Assembly: GCA_965116495.1 (NCBI GenBank)
Contig: OZ220696.1
Location: 288,001 to 352,000 of the forward strand
Direction: 5' to 3'
DNA from: Gammaproteobacteria bacterium
GTDB taxonomy: Bacteria > Pseudomonadota > Gammaproteobacteria > Eutrophobiales > Eutrophobiaceae
DNA length: 64,000 bases
The position numbers and the translations under genes were made by a program. Below are positions 1 to 8,810 of this stretch, piece after piece (position 1 is the first letter of the stretch; every line of letters starts with the position of its first letter). Below the pieces are notes generated by a model. That model worked only from the letters and a program-made list of their open reading frames with translations, was not told the DNA's origin and did not search any database.

Positions 1-6
1 ACCAGA

Positions 7-74
7 CAAATCTGCCCGGAGCAGATTTGGACGTCCAAAGGACGCCCGCAGGGGGCGCCCCACGGATGGGGCGC
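7..74. repeat. Intergenic multi-hairpin palindromic element upstream of nuoM
   Basis: Stems CAAATCTGC(7-15)/GCAGATTTG(21-29), CGTCC(32-36)/GGACG(40-44) and GCGCCCCA(55-62)/TGGGGCGC(67-74). Confidence 0.55.
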
Positions 75-171
75 ATCAATCCCAGCTATGGTCTCGGTCG
101 CAGGCGCCCGTCAGCGCCAAAAATCCTGCGCGATCATCGCATCCACTGGCGCAATATCCGGGCTAGCCCTC

Positions 172-1689
172 ATGTTCCAGGTCCTGCCGCTGTTGAGTTT
201 ATTGGTTTGGGTGCCCATACTGGGTGGCCTGTTTATCCTGTTCGCCGGAGACCGGCAGCGGGAATCGGTCAAATTATTTTCATTGCTCGTGTCCCTGTTC
301 GCCTTTGCGCTGTCGGCCCTGTTATACATACGCTTCGACACCTCAGCTGTCCTGATGCAGTTTGTTGAATACACCGAGTGGATAGACACGTTCAATATCA
401 ATTACCACCTGGGTGTCGACGGCATCAGCGTGCCCCTGATCCTGTTGACGACGTTTACTACGGTCCTGGTCATCATCGCCGGCTGGGTGGTCATAGACAC
501 CCGGTTGTCCCAATACATGGCGTCGTTTCTTATCCTCGAAGGGTTGATGAACGGGGTGTTTGTATCCCTGGATGCAATCCTGTTTTATTTTTTCTGGGAA
601 GCCATGCTGATACCCATGTTTTTGATCATCGGCGTGTGGGGCGGACCGAGGCGCGTCTATGCCACGATAAAGTTTTTTCTGTACACCTTCCTGGGTTCGG
701 TTTTCATGCTGGTAGCCTTGCTGTACCTGTATTCGAAAATGGGAAGTTTCTATATCTTTGACCTGTACAAGCTGCCGTTGTCTCTCGCTGCACAGAAATG
801 GATATTTATCGCGTTCCTGCTCGCTTTTGCCGTGAAGATACCCATGTGGCCGGTGCATACCTGGTTGCCGGACGCACATGTAGAGGCGCCCACAGGCGGT
901 TCCGTGATCCTGGCCGCGATAATGTTGAAGATGGGAGGATACGGGTTCATCCGTTTCAGTCTGCCCATTGTTCCGGATGCCGCTGCGGCGCTGGCGAACT
1001 TCATGATCGTCCTGTCATTGATTGCGATTGTCTATATCGGCTTTGTCGCACTGGCACAGAAAGACATGAAAAAACTGATTGCCTATTCGTCCGTTTCCCA
1101 CATGGGGTTTGTCACGCTGGGTTTATTCATCGTATTTTCCATCATGGATCAGGCCGGGCCAAACACCGATGCGGTAATGGGATTGGCAGGCGCAATGATG
1201 CAGATGGTCTCACACGGCCTTATCTCAGCCGCCCTGTTCCTGTGCGTAGGTGTCATGTATGACCGGGTGCACAGCCGGCAGATTTCCGATTACGGCGGTG
1301 TGGCGAATACCATGCCGGTGTTTGCATCGTTCATGATGTTGTTTGCCATGGCCAATGCCGGTTTGCCCGGCACCTCCGGGTTTGTCGGCGAATTCCTGGT
1401 CATCCTGAGCAGCTTCCGCGCCAATGCCTGGATTGCCGTTCTGGCTGCATCCGTATTGATCCTGGGTGCCGCCTACACGTTATGGATGTATAAACGCGTG
1501 ATTTTCGGCGACGTGGCCAATGAGAGCGTGGCCGGGTTGCAGGATGTTTCCAGGCGTGAGACCCTGCTCCTGCTCCTGTTGGCCGTCGCGGTGCTGTTGC
1601 TGGGCCTGTGGCCGGCGCCGTTGTTTGAACTCATGGATGCCACGCTCAACCACCTGGTGGAACATATCTCGCAATCCAAGCTCATATAA
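172..1689 (+). CDS. nuoM: NADH-quinone oxidoreductase subunit M
   Basis: Motifs YHLGVDGIS, FFWEAMLIPMFLIIGVWGG, AVKIPMWPVHTWLPDAHVEAPTGGS and ANAGLPGTSGFVGEF. Start placed at ATG 172 (MFQVLPLL); the ORF-track extension from 88 is not NuoM-like. Confidence 0.97.
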   Translation: MFQVLPLLSLLVWVPILGGLFILFAGDRQRESVKLFSLLVSLFAFALSALLYIRFDTSAVLMQFVEYTEWIDTFNINYHLGVDGISVPLILLTTFTTVLVIIAGWVVIDTRLSQYMASFLILEGLMNGVFVSLDAILFYFFWEAMLIPMFLIIGVWGGPRRVYATIKFFLYTFLGSVFMLVALLYLYSKMGSFYIFDLYKLPLSLAAQKWIFIAFLLAFAVKIPMWPVHTWLPDAHVEAPTGGSVILAAIMLKMGGYGFIRFSLPIVPDAAAALANFMIVLSLIAIVYIGFVALAQKDMKKLIAYSSVSHMGFVTLGLFIVFSIMDQAGPNTDAVMGLAGAMMQMVSHGLISAALFLCVGVMYDRVHSRQISDYGGVANTMPVFASFMMLFAMANAGLPGTSGFVGEFLVILSSFRANAWIAVLAASVLILGAAYTLWMYKRVIFGDVANESVAGLQDVSRRETLLLLLLAVAVLLLGLWPAPLFELMDATLNHLVEHISQSKLI

Positions 1690-3140
1690 TGATGCCGATC
1701 ACAACTGAAATCATCTTTGTTATACCGGAACTTGCGCTGCTGGTCCTTGCGTGCTCGGTCCTGGTGTGTGATGTGTTTTCAACAAACCCGAACAAACTGA
1801 CGACCTACTGGCTGGCCCAGATATCCCTGCTGGCGGTGATATTTCTCGTGATTTACCTGGGCCCGGACGCGCGCGTTTCAGTATTTCACCATCACTTCAT
1901 CCTCGATCCGTTGAGCGTCGTACTCAAAGTGACTATCCTTGCCGCTTCCTTCGTAGTGTTTCTGTATTCATACCATTACTTCAGGGAGCGCGGGCAGTTA
2001 CAGGGCGAATATTTCATACTGGGTCTGTTTGCCGTGCTGGGGATGCTGGTCCTGGTCTCGGCGTACAGCATGTTGACCGTTTACCTCGGCCTGGAACTGA
2101 TGTCGCTGTCCTTATACGCCATGGTGGCCATGCATAAGGAATCAGGAACTGCCTCTGAAGCCGCCGTGAAATATTTTGTCTTGGGGGCCCTGGCGTCAGG
2201 TCTGCTGTTATACGGCATTTCGATTTTATACGGTATCTCGGGTACGCTGGTGTTGCCGGAAGTTGCAGATTATATCGGCTCACATGCTGATAACAGGATT
2301 GCCGGAATCTTCGGGCTGGTCTTTGTCGTTGTCGGTATCGCTTTCAAGCTGGGTGCGGTGCCTTTCCATTCCTGGTTGCCGGACGTGTATGAAGGTTCAC
2401 CGACGGCAGTTACCCTGTTCCTGGCCAGCGCGCCGAAAGTAGCCGCATTCGCAATGGCGATACGCCTGCTGATAGACGGTCTGCAGCCCCTGCACGTTGA
2501 CTGGCAGGGCATGTTGATCATCCTGTCGCTGCTGTCAATGGCAGTCGGGAATATCATCGCTATCTCCCAGACCAATATAAAACGCATGCTGGCATATTCC
2601 GCCATCGCCCACGCCGGATTCCTGATCCTGGGTATTTTACCGGGCCTGCAGCCAGGCCTGGGCATGACTTATGCAGGCGCATTGTTCTATGTAATTGCCT
2701 ACGTCATAATGAGCATGGGCGCGTTTGGTTTCATCATATTATCAGGCCGCGCGGGGCATGAGTCCGACCGGCTGGACGATTTCAAGGGTCTTGCCGTGTC
2801 CAGTCCCTGGTTTGCTTTCATCATGTTGTTGTTCATGTTCTCCCTGGCCGGCGTTCCCCCGTTCCTGGGGTTCTGGGCCAAATGGTTCGTAATCAAGGAA
2901 GTCATCGCAATCGGTCATATCTGGCTTGCGGTCCTGGCGGTGGTCTTTTCAGTGGTCGGCGCTTACTATTATCTACGTATAGTTAAACTGATGTATTTTG
3001 ATCAGCCGGAAACCATGCCGGAGATGGCTGCGAGCAGGCAAATGAGAACGGTGGTAAGCCTTAACGGCCTTGCTTTGCTGGTTCTGGGTTTTGCCCCGGG
3101 AGACCTCATACGGATCTGCACAACGGTACTGGTATTTTAA
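1689..3140 (+). CDS. nuoN: NADH-quinone oxidoreductase subunit N
   Basis: Motifs LGLELMSLSLY, EAAVKYFVLGALASG, FKLGAVPFHSWLPDVYEG and FSLAGVPPFLGFWAK. Start overlaps the nuoM stop. Confidence 0.97.
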   Translation: MMPITTEIIFVIPELALLVLACSVLVCDVFSTNPNKLTTYWLAQISLLAVIFLVIYLGPDARVSVFHHHFILDPLSVVLKVTILAASFVVFLYSYHYFRERGQLQGEYFILGLFAVLGMLVLVSAYSMLTVYLGLELMSLSLYAMVAMHKESGTASEAAVKYFVLGALASGLLLYGISILYGISGTLVLPEVADYIGSHADNRIAGIFGLVFVVVGIAFKLGAVPFHSWLPDVYEGSPTAVTLFLASAPKVAAFAMAIRLLIDGLQPLHVDWQGMLIILSLLSMAVGNIIAISQTNIKRMLAYSAIAHAGFLILGILPGLQPGLGMTYAGALFYVIAYVIMSMGAFGFIILSGRAGHESDRLDDFKGLAVSSPWFAFIMLLFMFSLAGVPPFLGFWAKWFVIKEVIAIGHIWLAVLAVVFSVVGAYYYLRIVKLMYFDQPETMPEMAASRQMRTVVSLNGLALLVLGFAPGDLIRICTTVLVF

Positions 3141-3155
3141 CTCCCGTTCCAGCCG

Positions 3156-3449
3156 ATGTCCGCGGGTAATCTTATCTGGTTGCTGATTATCGTTACTGTT
3201 ATCCTGGCTAACGTTCCCTGGTTTTTTGGGCGTTTTCTGCTGTTCATGAGACCGGAAAAAAAAACGGTCTGGATGTGTCTGCTTGAGTGGTTGATACTCT
3301 ATTTTCTTGCGGGATTCCTGGCTTTAGGGGTTGAGAAAAAAATGCAGGGAGAAACCCATGCCCAGGATTGGGAGTTCTACGCGGTTACGTTCTTTTTATT
3401 CATGGTCTTTGCCTTCCCCGGCTTTATCTACAGATCTTTCAGGAATTAA
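3156..3449 (+). CDS. DUF2818 family small membrane protein
   Basis: ANVPWF...QDWEFYAVTFFLFMVFAFPGFIYR signature; usual position after nuoN. Its stop codon lies inside the heptamer array. Confidence 0.85.
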   Translation: MSAGNLIWLLIIVTVILANVPWFFGRFLLFMRPEKKTVWMCLLEWLILYFLAGFLALGVEKKMQGETHAQDWEFYAVTFFLFMVFAFPGFIYRSFRN

Positions 3450-3476
3450 GAATTAAGAATTACGAATTACGAATGA
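3442..3476 (+). repeat. Heptamer tandem array, left arm of element 1 (5 x NGAATTA)
   Basis: GGAATTA AGAATTA AGAATTA CGAATTA CGAATGA, read directly. Confidence 0.9.
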
Positions 3477-3559
3477 ATGTGCCGCCTGTGGCGGCTGTCT
3501 ACCTATGAGTCGTAGATTATTCGTAAGCCGGACCGAGACACATAGTGATATAACACCCC

Positions 3560-3678
3560 CAATTCCCAATTCCTAATTCCTAATTCCCAATTCCCAATTC
3601 CCAATTCCCAATTCCCAATTCCTAATTCGTAATTCCTAATTCCTAATTCGTAATTCCCAATTCGTAATTCCCAATTCC
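3560..3678 (-). repeat. Heptamer tandem array, right arm of element 1 (17 x YAATTCS), inverted relative to the left arm
   Basis: 17 consecutive CAATTCC/TAATTCC/TAATTCG/CAATTCG units; overlaps the 3' end of psd. Confidence 0.95.
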
Positions 3679-4503
3679 CACTGCAACCTGCTGCCCCATA
3701 GCCACCCATTCGGCGCCCGCGCACCAGTTAAAATTATTCGGTTCAGTAAGTACGATCACGGTCGAACCCATATTGAACCGGCCTATTTCATCTCCCTGTT
3801 TGAAGACAGTTCCCGGTTCGTAATTCCATACCCCGTGCCCTCGCCCGGCAGCCGGGGTGACCTGCCCGTGCCACACCGTTTCCATGGAACCTACGAATAT
3901 CGCGCCGATGAATATCACTGAAAACATGCAGGTTGCTGAACTGAAGGTAGTGACAACGCGCTCGTTACGGGCAAACAGGTTGTCGATTCTGCTGGTCGTT
4001 GCCGGGTTGACTGAAAACAAACGGCCGGGGATGTATGACATACTCACCAGTTCTCCATCGGCCGGGATATGTATTCGATGATAATCCCGCGGGGAGAGAT
4101 ACAGCGTGATGAAGTTGCCGTTCCGATAGCGTCCGATATATTCATCGGCGCCATCGAGCAGGTCCTCAAGTGAGTAATGTTTACCTTTGGCCTGGAATAT
4201 ACGGTTATCGTCAATCGTTCCCAGCGCGCTGATGCTTGCGTCAACGGGAGAGACCAGCCCGTCCCTTACCGGGGTTATGGGCCGGACTGCGGGTTTCAGG
4301 CTGCGCGTGAAAAAATCATTGAAGGTTTCGAATTCGTGTGCGGACGACTTCTCTGCCAGGCTCATGTCGACGTTATAGATATGGATGAATAGTCGTATCA
4401 GGGTATTTTTCCAGGGACGCCAGGAACAACGGGTTGCCTTGTACATCAACCTGGAGAGCAGGTGGTGCAGAATATTTGGGGTCAGAGTAAAAATACTCGG
4501 CAT
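3643..4503 (-). CDS. psd: Phosphatidylserine decarboxylase proenzyme
   Basis: Motifs [38 protein letters not shown] and the self-cleavage motif [10 protein letters not shown]. Start uncertain (ATG 4503 or TTG 4524). Confidence 0.93.
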   Translation of the reverse strand: MPSIFTLTPNILHHLLSRLMYKATRCSWRPWKNTLIRLFIHIYNVDMSLAEKSSAHEFETFNDFFTRSLKPAVRPITPVRDGLVSPVDASISALGTIDDNRIFQAKGKHYSLEDLLDGADEYIGRYRNGNFITLYLSPRDYHRIHIPADGELVSMSYIPGRLFSVNPATTSRIDNLFARNERVVTTFSSATCMFSVIFIGAIFVGSMETVWHGQVTPAAGRGHGVWNYEPGTVFKQGDEIGRFNMGSTVIVLTEPNNFNWCAGAEWVAMGQQVAVGIGNYELGITN

Positions 4504-4552
4504 AAAATCAGTGCCCCTTTTCAAAATGACTATTTATACTCTGATCCCAAAT
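4474..4552. repeat. REP-like inverted pair (core ACTCTGACCCC) spanning the psd start
   Basis: ATTTGGGGTCAGAGTAAAAATA (4474-4495) and TATTTATACTCTGATCCCAAAT (4531-4552) are reverse complements at 20 of 22 positions. Confidence 0.75.
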
Positions 4553-4594
4553 TTCTTAGGTCAGTTTCCACATGTCCGGACTGGGAAACGGTGG

Positions 4595-5224
4595 CTAACT
4601 CTCAATGAAATGACGGATCCGGTTAAACCTGTCAGTGATGCTGCGGTTGTCGTGAGGAGTGGAAAATATCGCCACCAGCCGGCCCCGGGGATCAATCAAA
4701 AATAATGACGAGCCGTGGTCCACGAGGTAGTTTTCCTGCCTGTCCGTTTTATCCGGAAAATAGGGGAGGCCAATCTGGCCCGTCAGACTTGCGATCTGTT
4801 CGACCGAACCCCCGAGGCCGATAAATTCCGGATTGAAAGAGGTGACGTATTTATCCAGGCGCGCCGGTGTATCCCGTTCCGGGTCAACCGAAATGAATAC
4901 GGTTTGTACGTGCTGTGCCTGCGCCAGTTGCTCGTGCACCTTGTCCATGGCTGCCAGCGTGACCGGACATATATCGGGGCAGTGCGTGAAACCGAAGAAC
5001 AGGAACGACCATTTTCCGTGCAGATCAGCCAGAGTGAAGGGTTTGCTGTCATGATCAACGGCTGTAAACGGTTTCAGGGCCTTCGGGTCCGGCCAGAGCA
5101 GCCCTGGTACTTCGGGTACCGCTTCCTGCCGCTGGTGCAGTGTGGCAAGTACACCGAGAACGGCTGCGAGCACAACAATACCCGACACCATGAGCCCCAT
5201 ATTAAGTGTCTGCCTGCTCACCAT
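4595..5224 (-). CDS. SCO1/SenC family copper chaperone
   Basis: FFGFTHCPDICP (CxxxC), ISVDPERD and YLVDHGS; N-terminal TM anchor. Start placed at ATG 5224. Confidence 0.93.
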   Translation of the reverse strand: MVSRQTLNMGLMVSGIVVLAAVLGVLATLHQRQEAVPEVPGLLWPDPKALKPFTAVDHDSKPFTLADLHGKWSFLFFGFTHCPDICPVTLAAMDKVHEQLAQAQHVQTVFISVDPERDTPARLDKYVTSFNPEFIGLGGSVEQIASLTGQIGLPYFPDKTDRQENYLVDHGSSLFLIDPRGRLVAIFSTPHDNRSITDRFNRIRHFIES

Positions 5225-5231
5225 GGACTGG

Positions 5232-6698
5232 TTATGTTGTAAATGCCGAGGCGTTGATGATGAAATGTGCTGCAACGCTGACTATATAACCCAGCAGGAT
5301 TGCCCAGGACCACTTGAAATGGGCAAAAAACGTGTACACCCCTCTGACCTGACCCATTACCGCAACACCGGCTGCTGAACCGATGGACAGCATGGACCCG
5401 CCAATACCTGCAGTCAGCGTGACCAGCAACCATTGGCCGTGATCCATGTCCGGGCGCATTTCCAGTACCGCGAACATTACCGGGATGTTATCTACCAGGG
5501 CAGATGCGAAACCGACAAAAATGTTAGCGTAGCTCGGCCCCAGGCCTTCGTAGAAAAATTCGGAAACAAGTGTCATATACCCGAGGGCGCCAAGCCCGGC
5601 TACACACAATATAATCCCGTAAAAGAACATGAGTGTGTCCCATTCGACGCGTTGGAGATTGCGGTAGATGTCATAAGATTTGCCTCCATCGCTCAACTCT
5701 CCCCCGACAGAAAGCCTGTTTTCTCCCAGGGCCATATCATCGATCGATTTGTAACGCAGTTCACTTCGTCTTTGCAGGTGATAACCGAATAATTTAAGCA
5801 GGCCGAGGCCTGTCATCATGCCTATTACCGGCGGCAGGTGCAGGAAGTTATGAAAAGATACGGCCATGGTAATGGTCAACAGGAATAAACCCATCACAAT
5901 CCAGGCGCCATACCTGAGTGATGCCTCCTCCGTAATAGCTGCAGGCCGTTCACTACTGACCGCAAAACTCATGATGCCAGCCGTCACCAGCCAGCCGGCC
6001 AGCGACGGGAAGAACAGCACAAAGAATTCCTGGAACTGGACAAGGCCTTGTTGCCAGACCATCAGGGTAGTGATATCACCGAAGGGGCTGAACGCACCGC
6101 CGGCGTTGGCGGCAACGACAATATTGATACAACCGATTGCGACAAAGCGTTTGTTACCGGCGCCGATCGTAGCAATCACCGCAGCCATCAACAGCGCTGT
6201 GGTCAGGTTGTCGATAATTGGCGACAGGACAAATGAAATCAATCCGGTGATCCAGAATAGTTGGCGGTAGGAAAATTCCTGGGCAATCAGCCAGGCGCGC
6301 AGCACGCCGAACACTCCCCGTTCATCCATGGTGTTGATATAGGTCATGGCTGCGAGCAGGAATAAAAACAATTCGACAAATTCAAGCAGGCTGTGACTTA
6401 ACACGGCTTCGATCATGTCTGCATGACCGTGCTGCGTATAGGCTATGGCCACCAGAACCCAGATTATGCCGGCCGCGACAATAGTCGGTTTTGATTTTCG
6501 TAAGTGAATACTTTCTTCGCTGACGATGAGGGAATAGGTAATGACAAATATCACCAATGCAGAGATGCCTGCCCAATGGCCGGTGAAGTCCAACGCTGCC
6601 ACCGGCTCCGTGGCAATAGCTGCGATACCCGTGGCCGGCGCAAGCAGCAACACCATGCCGGCCAACATACCTGAAATACATAAAGAAAATACGCGCAT
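5232..6698 (-). CDS. nhaD: Na+/H+ antiporter NhaD family
   Basis: Motifs LRKSKP, FLFLLAAMTYINTM, SPIIDNLTTAL, AANAGGAFSPFGDITTLMVWQ, VDNIPVMFAVL and GGSMLSIGSAAGVAVMG. Confidence 0.9.
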   Translation of the reverse strand: MRVFSLCISGMLAGMVLLLAPATGIAAIATEPVAALDFTGHWAGISALVIFVITYSLIVSEESIHLRKSKPTIVAAGIIWVLVAIAYTQHGHADMIEAVLSHSLLEFVELFLFLLAAMTYINTMDERGVFGVLRAWLIAQEFSYRQLFWITGLISFVLSPIIDNLTTALLMAAVIATIGAGNKRFVAIGCINIVVAANAGGAFSPFGDITTLMVWQQGLVQFQEFFVLFFPSLAGWLVTAGIMSFAVSSERPAAITEEASLRYGAWIVMGLFLLTITMAVSFHNFLHLPPVIGMMTGLGLLKLFGYHLQRRSELRYKSIDDMALGENRLSVGGELSDGGKSYDIYRNLQRVEWDTLMFFYGIILCVAGLGALGYMTLVSEFFYEGLGPSYANIFVGFASALVDNIPVMFAVLEMRPDMDHGQWLLVTLTAGIGGSMLSIGSAAGVAVMGQVRGVYTFFAHFKWSWAILLGYIVSVAAHFIINASAFTT

Positions 6699-6883
6699 AA
6701 ATGTAACCTTGTCACATAACTCTGGTTAACTGGCTAATACACAAATGAGAAGAATGGTATCATAGAGAGATTAGTAGCGTTGATAATACGAAATCAGGGA
6801 CTATAATTCTTTTTTTCACATTTCAGCTTGCTTTAACGACATTCCTATAGTGGGGTAATTTTATAATAAAACAGGGAGTTATA

Positions 6884-8308
6884 TTGATAACAAAAATAGT
6901 TGCCGGCATCTGTTCAATTGGATTATTCCCTGAATTGACCATTGCCGAGTCCATTCACGCGCAGGTCTCGATAGTTGATGAACCATTGGTGTTCAACGAG
7001 GCGATGCTGGTGTCGGCAATCGTACTGGCCGTAACCTTCATAGGCATCTTCACAGAGATGGTACATGGCCTGGAACGCATGAAGGTGGCCGCCGGCGGCG
7101 CAGTGCTCATGGTTATCGTCGGGCAGGTTTATGGATTTTACACTCCGGAATTGGCAATCGAGGCAGTTGACTGGAACGTAGTCTTCCTGTTGGGCGCCAT
7201 GATGACGGTTGTTGCGATGATGATCCCCACCGGCGGCTTCGACATGCTGGCTTACAAGATTGCCAATTTCAGTAAAGGCCGGTTATATCTGTTACTGGTC
7301 TTGATTGGCACTTGCGTCACGGTCTTATCGTTGCTTCTGGATAATGTCACGACGGTGGTCATATTCGGCCCGCTAATTATCCTGATAGCCCGGGCGCAAA
7401 AGATTTCGCCGATTCCCTACCTGCTGGCGGCTGCCCTGTTATCCAACACGGGCGGTGTCGCCACCCTGGTTGGCGACCCCCCGAATCTGATGATAGGTTC
7501 CGCGGCACATATCTCATTTAACGATTTTGCCATCCATATGGTTCCACCAGTCCTGATTTCCTTGATTGGGGTATTGATCCTGTTGAAATTCCTGTTCAGG
7601 CAGGAACTGGCTGAGACGCCGGCAGACGTATCCGATTATTCGATGGAGCTAAAAAATCCGAAGGTATGGAACGCTTCCCTCTTGATTTTGGGAGCCATGG
7701 TGGTTCTGTTCATGCTGCACCATAGATTTCATTGGCAACCCTGGTTCGTTGCAGGAATAGGCATGGTGGCGCTGATGTACGTATCCCGTAGAATCACCAT
7801 GGATCAAGCGTTCGAACACGTGGAAATCACCTTGCTGGTATTCTTTATTTCCCTGTTCATGTTGGTGGGAGGCGTGGAGCACAGCCAGTTCCTCTTGTTC
7901 ATCGGACAGTTTATCATGCCTTTCGTCCAAGAGGACCTGATGATGGCGACCATTGTTCTGATGTGGGTGGGCGCCATCCTGTCCGCGGCCATCGATAATA
8001 TTCCTTTCACTGCTGCGATGATCCCTATAATTCTCAGTATGGACACTGCGGGGATTAACGTGACACCGCTGTGGTGGGGGCTGGCCATAGGCGTAGGGAT
8101 GGGCGGCAACGGCACTCATATCGGTTCAACGGCCAACGTGTTCATCGTAACGATCTCGGAGCGGTTGGCGAGAAACGAAAACGATCCCAGCTTGCGCATC
8201 ACGCCCGGACTCTGGTTCAGGAAGGGTTTGCCGGTCATGCTGCTGACCCTGGTGTTGTCGACGATCTTCTTTATCATCTTCTGGGACTTCCTGTCACGCC
8301 CCTTGTAG
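6884..8308 (+). CDS. ArsB/NhaD/P-protein-type (IT superfamily) permease
   Basis: Motifs LLDNVTTVVI, SNTGGVATLVGDPPNLMIGS, SAAIDNIPF and GMGGNGTHIGSTANV. TTG start with an AGGGAG RBS. Confidence 0.85.
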   Translation: MITKIVAGICSIGLFPELTIAESIHAQVSIVDEPLVFNEAMLVSAIVLAVTFIGIFTEMVHGLERMKVAAGGAVLMVIVGQVYGFYTPELAIEAVDWNVVFLLGAMMTVVAMMIPTGGFDMLAYKIANFSKGRLYLLLVLIGTCVTVLSLLLDNVTTVVIFGPLIILIARAQKISPIPYLLAAALLSNTGGVATLVGDPPNLMIGSAAHISFNDFAIHMVPPVLISLIGVLILLKFLFRQELAETPADVSDYSMELKNPKVWNASLLILGAMVVLFMLHHRFHWQPWFVAGIGMVALMYVSRRITMDQAFEHVEITLLVFFISLFMLVGGVEHSQFLLFIGQFIMPFVQEDLMMATIVLMWVGAILSAAIDNIPFTAAMIPIILSMDTAGINVTPLWWGLAIGVGMGGNGTHIGSTANVFIVTISERLARNENDPSLRITPGLWFRKGLPVMLLTLVLSTIFFIIFWDFLSRPL

Positions 8309-8344
8309 GGGCTAAGTGATAAGAACCAGGGGCCAGGAAGTGAA

Positions 8345-8431
8345 CCACTCCCGCAACAGCGGGAGTCCAGTGGGCAATATTTCTTATAATGAGTTTTGTT
8401 ATCTGTTGGATTCCCGTTTGCGCGGGAATGG
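8345..8431. repeat. REP-like doublet (CATTCCCGC...GCGGGAATCCA family) between convergent genes
   Basis: CCACTCCCGCAACAGCGGGAGTCCA (8345-8369) and an inverted copy TGGATTCCCGTTTGCGCGGGAATGG (8407-8431); each is internally palindromic. Confidence 0.75.
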
Positions 8432-8435
8432 TTTA

Positions 8436-8666
8436 CTACTCATCAAACCAGCGATCCAGTTCATCGGTTTTCAGTTCTTCAATAGTGTAGGTGTTGAACG
8501 ACTTATAGACTTTCCAGTTGTATATTTTTGCCTCGATATCCAGCGTCTCCATGGCGTCTGCCTGCTCCAGCCGGACCCGGTATTTCCTGATTTGACCGTC
8601 GGCATAGTCATTACATTGCCTGACGAAATCACTGATGATTTTTTTCTTTTCCGTAACACTGACCAT
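8436..8666 (-). CDS. Small hypothetical protein (76 aa, helical)
   Basis: ATG 8666 preceded by AGGAGA; MVSVTEKKKII...WKVYKSFNTYTIEELKTDELDRWFDE has natural composition. Confidence 0.7.
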   Translation of the reverse strand: MVSVTEKKKIISDFVRQCNDYADGQIRKYRVRLEQADAMETLDIEAKIYNWKVYKSFNTYTIEELKTDELDRWFDE

Positions 8667-8724
8667 AATATTCTCCTGGCTGGTAGTTGAAAGGACTTGC
8701 ACTGCACGCCAGTCTTTTCCATAT

Positions 8725-8773
8725 GCACAGATTTAATGTATATTACCGGGTTAAGCAGATTTAACCGTATAAT
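8725..8773 (+). promoter_or_regulatory. Candidate operator/promoter of the Rieske operon
   Basis: Palindrome GGTTAA-N6-TTAACC (8749-8766), CAGATTTAA present twice, and TATAAT at 8768-8773 in an AT-rich divergent intergenic region. Confidence 0.35.
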
Positions 8774-8810
8774 TATCTTACATAATCATATTATAACTTT
8801 GGGGATTGCT

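Noticed and set aside
88-171. N-terminal extension of NuoM in the ORF track
   Set aside because: It is not NuoM-like and adjoins the hairpin element; ATG 172 gives a normal-length protein.
3141-3560. tRNA gene or integration site after nuoN
   Set aside because: No cloverleaf, T-loop or CCA end is recognisable, and there is no integrase.
3503-3724. 73-aa minus-strand ORF rich in GIGNWEL repeats
   Set aside because: It is a translation of the heptamer array, with no independent coding evidence. The ORF at 10228-10500 (antisense to the SnoaL-CDGSH gene, ending in the array) is rejected likewise.
8316-8690. 124-aa plus-strand ORF
   Set aside because: It reads through the REP doublet (LDSRLRGN is repeat-derived) and lies antisense to the better-supported 8436-8666 gene.
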